Of a stretch of DNA of 64,000 nucleotides, positions 32,861 through 42,354 are shown one piece after another. The notes below the pieces were generated by a model that saw only the letters and a program-made list of their open reading frames with translations, was not told the DNA's origin and did no database searches. How positions within the stretch are numbered: the first letter of the stretch is position 1; every line of letters starts with the position of its first letter. The DNA is from an uncultured delta proteobacterium (GTDB lineage: Bacteria > Myxococcota_A > Polyangia > Polyangiales > B10-G4), in NCBI GenBank assembly GCA_963727445.1, contig CAVSGI010000010.1:1344001-1408000 (forward strand), written 5' to 3'. The position numbers and the translations under genes were made by a program.

Positions 32861-34795
32861 ATGGAAACGCTACGGTTAGTCCCCTTGGTCCTCCCTAAGA
32901 ACGAGAGCGCGAAGTCCGGCGAGGTCACGCGGGTCGGACGCTACCAGCTCGCCTTCGAGCTCGCTTCCGGCGGCATGGCGACCGTCTACCTCGCCCGGAC
33001 GGAAGGCCCCGCCGGCTTCGACAAGGTCGTCGCGCTCAAGCGCATCCATCCCCACCTGGCCAAGGAGAAGGCCTTCATCGACATGTTCCTCGACGAAGCG
33101 CGAATCGCGTCGAGGATCAGCCACCCCAACGTTTGTAGCGTCTTCGATTTCGGTGAGGCCGACGGCTCGTTCTTCATCGCGATGGAATACGTGATGGGCG
33201 AGACGGTCTCACGGCTGATCCGTCGCCTGCGCACGGAGAAGGAGCACTACAAGGACCCCCGGCTCCCCGGCCTCGCCGCCAAGATCATCGCGAGCGCCTG
33301 CGACGGGCTCCACGCGGCGCACGAGCTGAAGGGGGACTCCGGCGAGCTCCTGCAAGTGGTCCACCGCGACGTCTCGCCCCAGAACCTCTTCCTCGCGTAC
33401 GACGGCACGGTCCGCGTGGTGGATTTCGGCATCGCCCGCGCCGCCGGCCGCCTCCACGAGACGCGCACCGGCACGGTCAAAGGCAAGCTGGCCTACATGC
33501 CGCCCGAGCAGGCGCGCAAGCTCGCGGTCGATCGCCGGGCCGACGTCTGGGCCCTGGGTGTGGTCCTGTGGGAGATCCTCTGCGCCAAGCGACTGTTCAA
33601 GCGCGCGAACGACGTCGAGACGATCCTGGCGGTCATCAACGACCCGATCCCGGCGCCGTCGGAGGTCCGCAAGACCGTCCCCGAGGAGCTCGACCGGATC
33701 GTGATGAAGGCGCTCGCCCGAGACCGCGACGACCGCTACGCCACGGCACGGGAGATGGGCCGGGAGCTCCACCGCTTCCTCGGCACCCTCGACGAGCCCG
33801 TCACCAACGGCGACCTCGCCGACTGGATGGACGAGCTCTTCCCGGTGGAGAAGAAGCAGCGACTGGAGCTCATCGCCGAGGCACGTCGGACGCGGTCTGG
33901 GGCTGTGCCGCAGCTCGTCGATATCGCCGAGGAGCGCTCCGAGTCCGAGGTTCGGCCGATCATCAGCGACACCGACGTGAAGAGCGACGTCGTGACCGAC
34001 GGGAAGACGAGCCGCATCGTGGATACGCCGTCCGTCGCATTCGACGATGGGCTGGCGACGGACGAGGTCCCGAACGCCGACGAGCCGTCTACGGTCGACG
34101 AAGACGCCCCTCCCCCGATCGCTCAGCCGGCGGCGGCGGTCCCCGAACCCATCGACGCAGCGCTCATCGCCCCCGGCCCCAACAAGAAGCTGATCGCCCT
34201 CGGGCTCGGCGTGGCCGCGCTCCTGCTGATCGGCATCGTCGCGCTCTCCTGGGGCGGTGAGGAGCCGGAGGTGGCGGACGCCGAGAGCACCGACGTGGCG
34301 GAGAGCGAAGCGGAGCGCCTGGCTGCCGAAGACGAGGGCGCCAGCGCAACCGAATCCGAGCAGGAGACCGGATCCGTCTTCGACCCCGAGCCCGAAGATG
34401 AATCGGGGACCGAGGCGGAGACGGAGGCGGAGTCAGAGGCGTCCGAGGACGACGATCCCGTGTTCGGACAGGCCGCGGAGACCGAGACCGAAGCGGAGAC
34501 GGACACACCCGAGCCGGATCCACGACCGACCCACCGCCCCTCGATGCGTTGGCAGAGACCGTCGTCGCAGATGAGCAATTCGCACGCGGTGGGCGACGTG
34601 AACATCAGCACCCCGGGCGGATGGGCCGACGTCTATCTCGACGGTCACAAGCTCGGCCGCGCACCGGGTCGCCTGACGGTCCCCGCCGGCCGGACGGTAC
34701 TGATTTTGCGCCCCTTCGGTGGCTCCGAGTCGCGACGCGTCTCGGTCAACGTGCCCGAAGGGGCCACGCGCCGGGTCATCGTCGACCTGAATTGA
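32861..34795 (+). CDS. Membrane Ser/Thr protein kinase with C-terminal PEGA domain
   Basis: LASGGMATVY, VALKRIH, HRDVSPQN, DFG, KGKLAYMPPEQ; TM; acidic linker; TPGGWADVYLDG PEGA. Confidence 0.92.
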   Translation: METLRLVPLVLPKNESAKSGEVTRVGRYQLAFELASGGMATVYLARTEGPAGFDKVVALKRIHPHLAKEKAFIDMFLDEARIASRISHPNVCSVFDFGEADGSFFIAMEYVMGETVSRLIRRLRTEKEHYKDPRLPGLAAKIIASACDGLHAAHELKGDSGELLQVVHRDVSPQNLFLAYDGTVRVVDFGIARAAGRLHETRTGTVKGKLAYMPPEQARKLAVDRRADVWALGVVLWEILCAKRLFKRANDVETILAVINDPIPAPSEVRKTVPEELDRIVMKALARDRDDRYATAREMGRELHRFLGTLDEPVTNGDLADWMDELFPVEKKQRLELIAEARRTRSGAVPQLVDIAEERSESEVRPIISDTDVKSDVVTDGKTSRIVDTPSVAFDDGLATDEVPNADEPSTVDEDAPPPIAQPAAAVPEPIDAALIAPGPNKKLIALGLGVAALLLIGIVALSWGGEEPEVADAESTDVAESEAERLAAEDEGASATESEQETGSVFDPEPEDESGTEAETEAESEASEDDDPVFGQAAETETEAETDTPEPDPRPTHRPSMRWQRPSSQMSNSHAVGDVNISTPGGWADVYLDGHKLGRAPGRLTVPAGRTVLILRPFGGSESRRVSVNVPEGATRRVIVDLN

Positions 34796-34835
34796 CCCTC
34801 CTCACCGCGCGTCCGAGCGCGTATCATCGTCACCG

Positions 34836-35633
34836 ATGCACTTTCTTCGAGTGGCCATTCCCTGCGCCCTCGTGCTCCTCTGGACGTCATCCGTCGCTGC
34901 GCAAGGGGGCATCGCCGAGGGCGTTCAGCTCCTCGAGCGGGCGGAATTCGAGAGCGCCGTGGCGGCTTTCGACCGCGCCGAGGCCGCGACCGAGGGGCTC
35001 AGCCGCGCCAATCTCATCGCGCTCTACGTGAACCGCGCCGCGGCGCAGCTCGCCCTCCAACAGGGAGGCCGGATGCGGGAGGATCTCCGCCGCCTGGCCA
35101 CCCTCAATCCCGACCACCACTTCGACGCCGCGACGCGGCCCGAGATCGTGGAGGCCTTCCAGGGGCTCCGCGGCCGCGAGGTCGTCGGCCTTCGCGCGGA
35201 GGTGAGCGAAGATCCAGGCGGAGCCCGTGTGTCTGGCGAGGTCACGAACGACGTCGAGGAGCTCGCGCGCTCGGTCCGCGTCCGCGCGCGGATCGGCGAT
35301 GGTGATTGGCAAGAGGGCGACGGCTCGCTGGTGCTCCCCGCAGCGGTGGGAGGAACCGTCGAGTACGTGGTGGAGGTGATCGGCCCCGGCGGCGCGGTCC
35401 TCGCCAACGAGGGTACGGAGTCGGCACCCGCGACTCATGCGCTGGGCGGCGCGACCGCCGGCGCGCCGCAGCCCGATGATCCGCTGGCCGACGACGACGA
35501 CGACGGCAACATCGGGCTGATCGTCGGGATCGTCGCCGGCGTGGCCGCCATCGCTCTGGTGGTCGCCATCATCGCGGTCGCCGCGACCAGCGGCAACGAC
35601 CAGACCGCGCCCGACGCGCCGATGATCTTCTGA
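34836..35633 (+). CDS. Exported TPR protein with C-terminal hydrophobic segment
   Basis: Signal peptide ..SVAAQ; TPR-like AEFESAVAAFDRA; C-terminal LIVGIVAGVAAIALVVAIIAV. Confidence 0.75.
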   Translation: MHFLRVAIPCALVLLWTSSVAAQGGIAEGVQLLERAEFESAVAAFDRAEAATEGLSRANLIALYVNRAAAQLALQQGGRMREDLRRLATLNPDHHFDAATRPEIVEAFQGLRGREVVGLRAEVSEDPGGARVSGEVTNDVEELARSVRVRARIGDGDWQEGDGSLVLPAAVGGTVEYVVEVIGPGGAVLANEGTESAPATHALGGATAGAPQPDDPLADDDDDGNIGLIVGIVAGVAAIALVVAIIAVAATSGNDQTAPDAPMIF

Positions 35634-35646
35634 TCGGCTCTCCGGC

Positions 35647-37338
35647 TCAGAAGAGCGAAGGCCGCCACACCACGCCCGCGAGGACGAGGAGCGCGTCGAT
35701 GTCCCGACTGGTGAGCCCGTCGACGTCGACGGTGACGTCGAGCTCCGGCAGCGGCGTGAGCAGGATGCCGCCGCCGACCATGTGCTCGAAGTAGCGGTCG
35801 ACGTCGGCGCGGTAGCGCGTCAGCGCCGGACGGTAGTGAATGGAGAGGTCGAAGACGCCGGGGATGATCTCGGCGCCGACGCCCGCGCGGATCGCGTAGG
35901 TCTCGATGAGCTCGCCGGTGGTCACCATCACGGTCAGATCGGCGCGCGCCACGTCGAAGAGACGAACGGCTCGTGCGTTGACCCACCCCGCGAGCTGGTC
36001 GAGGCGGTCCTTCTGGCCGACCTGGATCACCGTGCCCCCCGCCGTCACCGCCACCTTTTCGAGCTCGACCCCCACGTCGGCCGCACCGACCATGCGCGGC
36101 TCGAACTGCCCGGTGCAGGTCTCGTTCTCTGTCGGCGTGGCGGGCGCCCCCGGCACACGCACACAGAGCCAGCTCGGCGGCAGGTAGGACGCGAGCCAGC
36201 GCGAGCGCTCCGGCCGGCGCATGTCGAAGCGCGCGCCCGCACGGAAGACGCCGAGGCGAAGCGTCCCGTCGACGCCGGCCGCGGTGAGCTCGACCTGATC
36301 GGCGCCCCAGGGGTTGTCCGCGTCGAAGAGGTTGATCTCCGCGTGCGCACCGACGCGGGACTCGCCGGGAAACATGTCCACAGTGGCCGTGAGGCGGCGC
36401 TCGTCGATGGCGCCGTTGTAGAGCGACCCGTGGCCGACCAGCGCCACCACCGGACGGAGCGGATGCTCGGGCATTCGGAAGATCGCCTCGAGCCCGAAGC
36501 GGCTGGTGTCGAAGTTGGGGGCGCCGTCGATGGGGTTGGGCACGAAGCCGCCGAAGCCGGCGACGGTGATGCCCGAGAAGTTCGGGGACTGAATGCGCAG
36601 GCCATCCAGCTGTCCGATGGTGCTCGCTGCGTAGCGCATGCGACCGAGCGCAGCGTAGAAGTCCGCCGTCTGGCCGTAGGCGATCTGGAGCTCTCGCACC
36701 CTGAGATACGGCTGCGACGGACGCCCGGCGCGCGTGTCGAGGTTCGGCGCCATCCAGGCCTGGAACGCCGCGTCCGCGTCGATGGAGAGCGGCGTCCCCT
36801 GAATGGGCTCGGCGTGGACCTGCGCGCGAACCGCCACGCGACCGATCCCCGTGCCCTGGCCGCCCAGGGGGAGCATGGCCGCGCCTCCGACACCGAGGGC
36901 CAGGTTCAGGCGATGCTCGGCGGTGGTGACGCCCAGAGGCACGTAGTCCGGTTGCTGCTCCGATGCCGGCAGGGTGGCGTCGGGCCACTGACCGCGGAAC
37001 GCGGCGAGCGGCCGCACCGGCGGCAGCGCCACTTCCTCTTCCGTCCCGGCGTCACGCCGCGTGATCGCGACCCCTCGCGCCCCCAGCTCCACTCCCGACG
37101 GCGGGATCTCGATCGTCGCGTAGGAGGAGGTGACGCCGATGACCTCGTAGCGATGGCGCTGGATCAGCACCCGATCGCCGCGCGAGATCCCCTCGTTGGC
37201 GCCGGGCTCGACGTAGGCACGATCGCCGCTCACGTCCACGACCTGCACCCGGACGCGACGACGCTCCTGAGCCTCGGCTTCCGCCGCGGACAACAGGCCC
37301 AGCAGCCAGAGCGCCATCATCGGAAGCAGCCGCGTCAT
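35647..37338 (-). CDS. Outer-membrane beta-barrel protein, candidate porin of a porin-cytochrome complex
   Basis: Signal peptide ..AEAEA; small N-terminal beta domain (VVDVSGDRAYVEPG..GISRGD, FlgT-C-like); many amphipathic strands; ends VVWRPSLF; ATGA overlap with decaheme gene. Confidence 0.75.
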   Translation of the reverse strand: MTRLLPMMALWLLGLLSAAEAEAQERRRVRVQVVDVSGDRAYVEPGANEGISRGDRVLIQRHRYEVIGVTSSYATIEIPPSGVELGARGVAITRRDAGTEEEVALPPVRPLAAFRGQWPDATLPASEQQPDYVPLGVTTAEHRLNLALGVGGAAMLPLGGQGTGIGRVAVRAQVHAEPIQGTPLSIDADAAFQAWMAPNLDTRAGRPSQPYLRVRELQIAYGQTADFYAALGRMRYAASTIGQLDGLRIQSPNFSGITVAGFGGFVPNPIDGAPNFDTSRFGLEAIFRMPEHPLRPVVALVGHGSLYNGAIDERRLTATVDMFPGESRVGAHAEINLFDADNPWGADQVELTAAGVDGTLRLGVFRAGARFDMRRPERSRWLASYLPPSWLCVRVPGAPATPTENETCTGQFEPRMVGAADVGVELEKVAVTAGGTVIQVGQKDRLDQLAGWVNARAVRLFDVARADLTVMVTTGELIETYAIRAGVGAEIIPGVFDLSIHYRPALTRYRADVDRYFEHMVGGGILLTPLPELDVTVDVDGLTSRDIDALLVLAGVVWRPSLF

Positions 37339-38222
37339 CGTCCGCGTCCTCCCGGATGGCAGGAGAGACAGGCGGCGCCGCTGGTCGCGACCGCGCCACC
37401 CCGGTGCTGCTGGCGGATCATGAGGGGCGAGTGCGCGTGGCAGCCGGTGCAGGACACGGCGTTGGTCGCCGGCTCGGAGAGGTGGCAGCTACGGCAAGGC
37501 GCTCCACGGTGCGAGCCGAAGCTGATCGCGAAGCGGATGTCGTGGGTCCGGGGCGCCGTGCTCGTGAGCGGGCTGGTGCGCGGCAGCGCGGTGGGATCGA
37601 CGAACGCCGGCGTCCAGCCGTCCGCGCGGTGACACGCCCCGCAGTCGCGAGGGAAGGGAGGGTTGCCGGCCGTGCCGTCGTGGTTGGGATGGACGCTGCT
37701 GTCGCGGTACTCGCTCTCGTGGCAGGCGTAGCACTCGGCCGGTGTCGCGCTGTACCAGCGCTCGCCGGTTCGCCGGTGGCAATCGGTGCAGGCCGCGAGG
37801 ACGTGCATGCCCGTGAGCGGCAGGCGCGTCTGCCGGTGGATGGTGATGGCGCTCGTCCGGTACCAACCCTGCGCGTTGTGGCAGCGGTCGCAGCTCTGTC
37901 CGAGGCGCCGCTGGTGCGGGTCCTGGTGGCAGCTGTTGCAGTCGCGGCGTACGCGCTGCTCGGGCTGGTGGCAGTTGGTGCAGGCCACCGCGCGGTGGCG
38001 GCCCGAGAGGGGGAAGCCGGTGCGGGAGTGGTCGAAGCCCGATTCGCCGCGCACCGTCCCGGTCACGCCCCACCCCTCGGGGGTGTGGCATGCGCTGCAC
38101 TGGATCCCCTGGGTGATCGACGCGTCGTGTCCCCGGCGTTGCGCCCCAGCGTTCGATCCCAGCACAGCCGCGCCGGCCAGACTGGCGACTGCCGCGAGAG
38201 CGAAGAGTACGCGTCCCCTCAT
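37335..38222 (-). CDS. Decaheme c-type cytochrome (295 aa)
   Basis: 10 CxxCH (CSACH, CTNCH, CNSCH, CDRCH, CTDCH, CYACH, CGACH, CRSCH, CTGCH, CLSCH); signal peptide MRGRVLFALAAVASLAGAAVLG; ATGA overlap upstream. Confidence 0.92.
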   Translation of the reverse strand: MRGRVLFALAAVASLAGAAVLGSNAGAQRRGHDASITQGIQCSACHTPEGWGVTGTVRGESGFDHSRTGFPLSGRHRAVACTNCHQPEQRVRRDCNSCHQDPHQRRLGQSCDRCHNAQGWYRTSAITIHRQTRLPLTGMHVLAACTDCHRRTGERWYSATPAECYACHESEYRDSSVHPNHDGTAGNPPFPRDCGACHRADGWTPAFVDPTALPRTSPLTSTAPRTHDIRFAISFGSHRGAPCRSCHLSEPATNAVSCTGCHAHSPLMIRQQHRGGAVATSGAACLSCHPGGRGR

Positions 38223-40057
38223 CGCTCCGGCTCCTCGTGCGGTGAGGCGTGACAATCGTTGCACTCGTTGTAGCCCAGACGATAACGCACGACCTCGGTG
38301 TCGTTGCGGAGATTGACGGTGGGGTGGCAGCTCGCGCACTCCGCCTGCGCGTGGCGGCCCTCGAGCGCCCAACCCGCCTTGGCCACGTGGTCGAAGCGGC
38401 GGATCTGGAAGATGGTCGTCGTGTGGCAGCTCTCACACGCCTTCTGCGGATCCGTGAGTCGGAACTGACCGGCGTGAACGTCTGCGTGACACCCCTGGCA
38501 CTCCCGCGGCGCGCCGCGGTAGCTCGCGCCGCGCCCCGAACGCCGGTCTTCCTCCGACGGAGAGTGACACGCGTCACAGGTGGTCAGCTCGTGAGCGCCC
38601 GTGAGCGGCCAGGTCGAGTGATCGATGTTCGGGCGATCCCACCCCGCCGCGCTGTGGCAGCTCGCGCATCCCCCCGCTGCCATCTCCCGCGCGAACTGAT
38701 CGCCGTGTGGGTTTTCGTGGCACGTCGCGCATGCCTCCTGGGCGCCGCTCCAAGAGAGGCGCGGGCGATTGTCGTGATGATGGCAGCCGCTGCACGGCAC
38801 GGCCGTGTGACGCCCCTCGAGCGCGAAGCCCGTGGAGGCGTGCATGGTCACGCCGAAGAGGCTGGGCGAGAAGCCTCGCACGGTGTGGCAGCCGCCGCAC
38901 TCGCCGCCCTCGCGGGACGCGAACTCGCCAGAATGCCGATCCTGATGGCACGAGTCGCAGCGGTCGAAGGTCAGCTCGCGATACCGCTCCTGAGGCGGCA
39001 GCCGGCGCTGGTGACATCGGTCGCAATCGACGCTCTCGTGGCGGCCTTCGAGGGGGTAGGCGGTGCGCGCGTGCGCCGCGCGACCGATCCGCTCGGGCAG
39101 CCCCGTCCACTTGATCGACCGGTGGCAGCGCGCGCAGTTGCGGCCGAACTCCGCTTCGTGCACCGGCCGGTGACAGCCGACGCAAGCGCGGCCTGCGCGC
39201 GGTGCGCGGTCGACGCCGGCGTCGTGACATCGTCCGCAGGCGACGCGCGCGTGACCGTTGCGCAAGGAGAGCCCCGGATGGTTGCTGCGCACCGCGCCGA
39301 GGTCGTCCCACCCGCTCTCGTTGTGGCACTGGGCGCAGCGCGGCCCGTACCGGCCGCGGTGAGGATCGGAGTGGCAGCTCGCGCAGGTGCTGAACTCGAT
39401 GCCGCGGTATCGGGGCGGCTCGCCGTGACACTCGCGGCAGGCGACGCTCCTGTGCTCTCCGCGCAGGGCGAAGCGCGAGAGCGAATGATCGAACTCGCTC
39501 ATGCGAACCGTCCGCCAGTTCTGCTCGTTGTGGCAGGTGTTGCATCGATCCCCGAAGCGGCCGCTGTGCGGGTCGTCGTCGGAATGGCAGGAGTTGCAGT
39601 TGGTCCTGAGCCCGAGATAGGTCCGGTTGCCGCGACGGTTGCGGCTATCGTGGCAGCGGCGGCACTGGATCTGGAGGTGACCGCCGCGGAGCGGCCAACC
39701 GGTGTCGTCGTGATTGAGTCGTTCCGGCGATCCGCCGGGCCAGCGCACCAGCGACGTACCGCGCCCGAGGTGCTCAACGTGACAGCTGACACAATCGCGC
39801 CCGCGATATTCGCGCCCGTGAAGCCCGCGATGCGCGCGGATCTGCGCCCCGAGGTCGTTGTGGCAGCGCAGGCAAGCGCTCTCCTCGACCCGCCGGCCGG
39901 AAGCGTGACATCGGTTGCAGTTGTCGTCGCCTTCGAGCTCGCTGTGCGCGCGGCTGAGCGGACCCGGCGAAAGGAGCTGAGCGCGCGCGACGGATGGAGG
40001 TCCCGCCACGACCATGGCGCTGCTGACCAGGAGGAGCGCTATCGTCTGTGGTCTCAC
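38219..40057 (-). CDS. Multiheme c-type cytochrome with 23 CxxCH motifs (612 aa)
   Basis: 23 CxxCH counted; signal peptide ..SVARAQ after GTG 40057 (GTGA overlap); repeated H..T.(F/W)PL.G.H..CxxCH units. Confidence 0.92.
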   Translation of the reverse strand: MRPQTIALLLVSSAMVVAGPPSVARAQLLSPGPLSRAHSELEGDDNCNRCHASGRRVEESACLRCHNDLGAQIRAHRGLHGREYRGRDCVSCHVEHLGRGTSLVRWPGGSPERLNHDDTGWPLRGGHLQIQCRRCHDSRNRRGNRTYLGLRTNCNSCHSDDDPHSGRFGDRCNTCHNEQNWRTVRMSEFDHSLSRFALRGEHRSVACRECHGEPPRYRGIEFSTCASCHSDPHRGRYGPRCAQCHNESGWDDLGAVRSNHPGLSLRNGHARVACGRCHDAGVDRAPRAGRACVGCHRPVHEAEFGRNCARCHRSIKWTGLPERIGRAAHARTAYPLEGRHESVDCDRCHQRRLPPQERYRELTFDRCDSCHQDRHSGEFASREGGECGGCHTVRGFSPSLFGVTMHASTGFALEGRHTAVPCSGCHHHDNRPRLSWSGAQEACATCHENPHGDQFAREMAAGGCASCHSAAGWDRPNIDHSTWPLTGAHELTTCDACHSPSEEDRRSGRGASYRGAPRECQGCHADVHAGQFRLTDPQKACESCHTTTIFQIRRFDHVAKAGWALEGRHAQAECASCHPTVNLRNDTEVVRYRLGYNECNDCHASPHEEPER

Positions 40058-40923
40058 TCGGACCAGATCCAACGATAGCCGTAGAACCAGGCGACTCCGA
40101 TGTGCACCGAAACTGAGAGGATCATCAAGATCGCGAGAAAGCGATGGAGCCCGCGCCAGCTGCGTAGGAGCGCGGTGCCGGCTGCGGTGCCCGCCTCGGC
40201 GCCGGCGAGCTTCGCGGTCTCCTTCGTGATGCGCTTGGCTTCCTCGAGCTCCTCCGGGAGCATCGTCTTCGGGCGCGTGAGCTCGTGAAACGCATCGCGC
40301 ACCACCCTGCGACGCGCGCGCTGCTCCTTCATCCATCGCGGGATGGTCGCGATGGCGCGCATGAGCGAGACGTTGGCCGCCAGGTAGGTGACCTTCTTCG
40401 CGCTCAGCTCTTTTCGGATCATGGCGCCGAGCCCCGGCAACAGCTCGTCCAAGGCCATCAGGTTGTCCGCGATCTGTTGGCTGTCCGGCTTGGGTGCGAT
40501 GGCGTAGAAGTACCGACCGATCACGCCCGTGAGCACCACCATCGAGAGGCTGGCAGATGTGACAGTTGCGATCGGTGTACGCAGTTGGAACGCCGAGTGG
40601 AACAGGATCAGCAGCGAGCCCACGAGCCCCGTCACTACGTGCATGTTCAGCCAGGCTTCCATCGAGCCCAGGAGACGGAGGCGGGCGACGCGCCGGCGAA
40701 CCAGATAGAGCAGATTCGTGAGAATCAAAAAGGTTCCGACGATTCCGTAGCCATGTCCGACGATGCTGCCAGGGCTCAGCACGCGGTAGTCGTCGTGCAT
40801 CACGCGGTCCTGGAGATCCATCGTGTAGAAGTCCCAGCCACGAGCCAGGAGCACCGCCGTCGTCCCCACGAGTATCAACAGGAGCAAGAAGCGGGCCCGC
40901 TTGGGCCGCATCTGTTGCTCCAT
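40054..40923 (-). CDS. Inner-membrane di-heme cytochrome b-like (ferric-reductase-type TM) protein
   Basis: About 5 TM helices; two H-x13-H pairs (WLNMH..LFH and WRGLH..SVH); start uncertain (40962/40950/40923/40911). Confidence 0.75.
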   Translation of the reverse strand: MEQQMRPKRARFLLLLILVGTTAVLLARGWDFYTMDLQDRVMHDDYRVLSPGSIVGHGYGIVGTFLILTNLLYLVRRRVARLRLLGSMEAWLNMHVVTGLVGSLLILFHSAFQLRTPIATVTSASLSMVVLTGVIGRYFYAIAPKPDSQQIADNLMALDELLPGLGAMIRKELSAKKVTYLAANVSLMRAIATIPRWMKEQRARRRVVRDAFHELTRPKTMLPEELEEAKRITKETAKLAGAEAGTAAGTALLRSWRGLHRFLAILMILSVSVHIGVAWFYGYRWIWSE

Positions 40924-41034
40924 CCGCGTGAGACTCCCCGTGTGGCGCATGAGCGGCCCCATGCTGCCGACCGCGCCGCTGGTGTCAACGTGAAAAGTAC
41001 GCTCGCGGCCATTGATTGGCGATAGTTTACGAGC

Positions 41035-42348
41035 GTGACGACCGCGATCATCCTCGCCGCCCTGGTCGGTCTCGCGCTGCTCCTGTCCTTCGCCTGGAAG
41101 AGCTTGGAAGGGGCGCGGGAGCAGAAGTCGGCGGACTTGCTCGCCGACATGGCGTCGATGGGTGATGTCGCCCCGCCAAGCCTCCACCCGTACATCGATC
41201 CTTCGAAGTGCGTCGGCTCGGGCGCCTGCGTTCGCGCCTGTCCCGAGCACGACGTCATCGCCCTCGTCGGCGGTCAGGCCCAGCTGATCAACCCCCTCGG
41301 CTGCGTCGGCCACGGGGCCTGCGCCGCGGCCTGCAGCTTCGATGCGATCAAGCTCGTCTTCGGAACCGAGACGCACGGCGTCGAGCTGCCCAAGACGGAC
41401 AGGAACTTTCAGACGAATCAGCCCGGCGTCTACATCGTCGGAGAGCTCGGCGGCATGGGGCTCATCCGCAACGCCGTGTCACAGGGCTCGCAAGCGGTGG
41501 CGCACATCGCCTCGGGCGGTCGGCGCGGCGGCGGGGATGTCTTCGACGTGATCGTGGTCGGCGCAGGCCCCGGCGGGATCGCCGCCACCCTCGCTGCGAT
41601 GGAGGCAGGCTTGAACGTCGTGTGCGTCGAGCGGGAGGAGCTCGGCGGAACCATCCTCCACTACCCGCGCGCGAAGGTCGTGATGACGGGCACCCTCGAG
41701 CTCCCGCTCTACGGCAAGGTCCGCAAGCGCACCATGAGCAAAGAGAAGCTCGTCGAGCTCTGGGACGACATCCGCGACAAGACGCAGCTGCCAGTGGCGA
41801 CAGGTGAGCTCGTCGAAGCGCTCGTGCAGAACGCGGACGGCACCTGGACCGTTCGCTCGACGACGGGGGATCGCCGTGGCGCCAACGTGGTGCTCGCCCT
41901 CGGGCGGCGCGGCTCACCCCGCAAGCTGGGTGTACCCGGCGAGGATCACGCCAAGGTCGCCTATCGGCTCCTCGAGCCGGAGGTCTTCGAAGGACAGCAC
42001 GTGCTGGTCGTGGGCGGAGGCAACAGCGCCGTGGAGAGCGCGATCGCCCTGGCCGATTACGGCGGCTGCGCCTCGGTGGGGATCAGCTACAGACGCACCG
42101 AGTTCGCGCGCTGTCGCGGCGAGAACAAGGCGCGCATCGCGGAGCTCCTATCGACGGGAAAGGTGCGGGGCTTCTTGCCGAGCAACGTCGCGCGCGTCGA
42201 AGATCGAACGGTGACTCTGCGCTCCGACGATGGACGCGAGGCGCCGCTCCAAAACGACGCGATCATCGTCCAGATCGGCGGCACCAGCCCGGCGAAGCTC
42301 CTCCAGAGCTTCGGGATCCAGATGGTGACGAAGTACGGCGAGCGTTGA
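41035..42348 (+). CDS. Membrane-anchored ferredoxin-FAD/NAD(P)H oxidoreductase (TrxR-like fold)
   Basis: N-terminal TM; CVGSGACVRACP and CVGHGACAAAC Fe-S motifs; VVGAGPGG FAD motif; VVGGGNSA..YRR NADPH motif. Confidence 0.88.
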   Translation: MTTAIILAALVGLALLLSFAWKSLEGAREQKSADLLADMASMGDVAPPSLHPYIDPSKCVGSGACVRACPEHDVIALVGGQAQLINPLGCVGHGACAAACSFDAIKLVFGTETHGVELPKTDRNFQTNQPGVYIVGELGGMGLIRNAVSQGSQAVAHIASGGRRGGGDVFDVIVVGAGPGGIAATLAAMEAGLNVVCVEREELGGTILHYPRAKVVMTGTLELPLYGKVRKRTMSKEKLVELWDDIRDKTQLPVATGELVEALVQNADGTWTVRSTTGDRRGANVVLALGRRGSPRKLGVPGEDHAKVAYRLLEPEVFEGQHVLVVGGGNSAVESAIALADYGGCASVGISYRRTEFARCRGENKARIAELLSTGKVRGFLPSNVARVEDRTVTLRSDDGREAPLQNDAIIVQIGGTSPAKLLQSFGIQMVTKYGER

Positions 42349-42354
42349 AGAACC

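Noticed and set aside
40943..40957. TGGCGC-N-GC as a sigma54 promoter for the redox genes
   Set aside because: GG-N10-GC spacing fits but the TTGC -12 element is missing; expected by chance in GC-rich DNA
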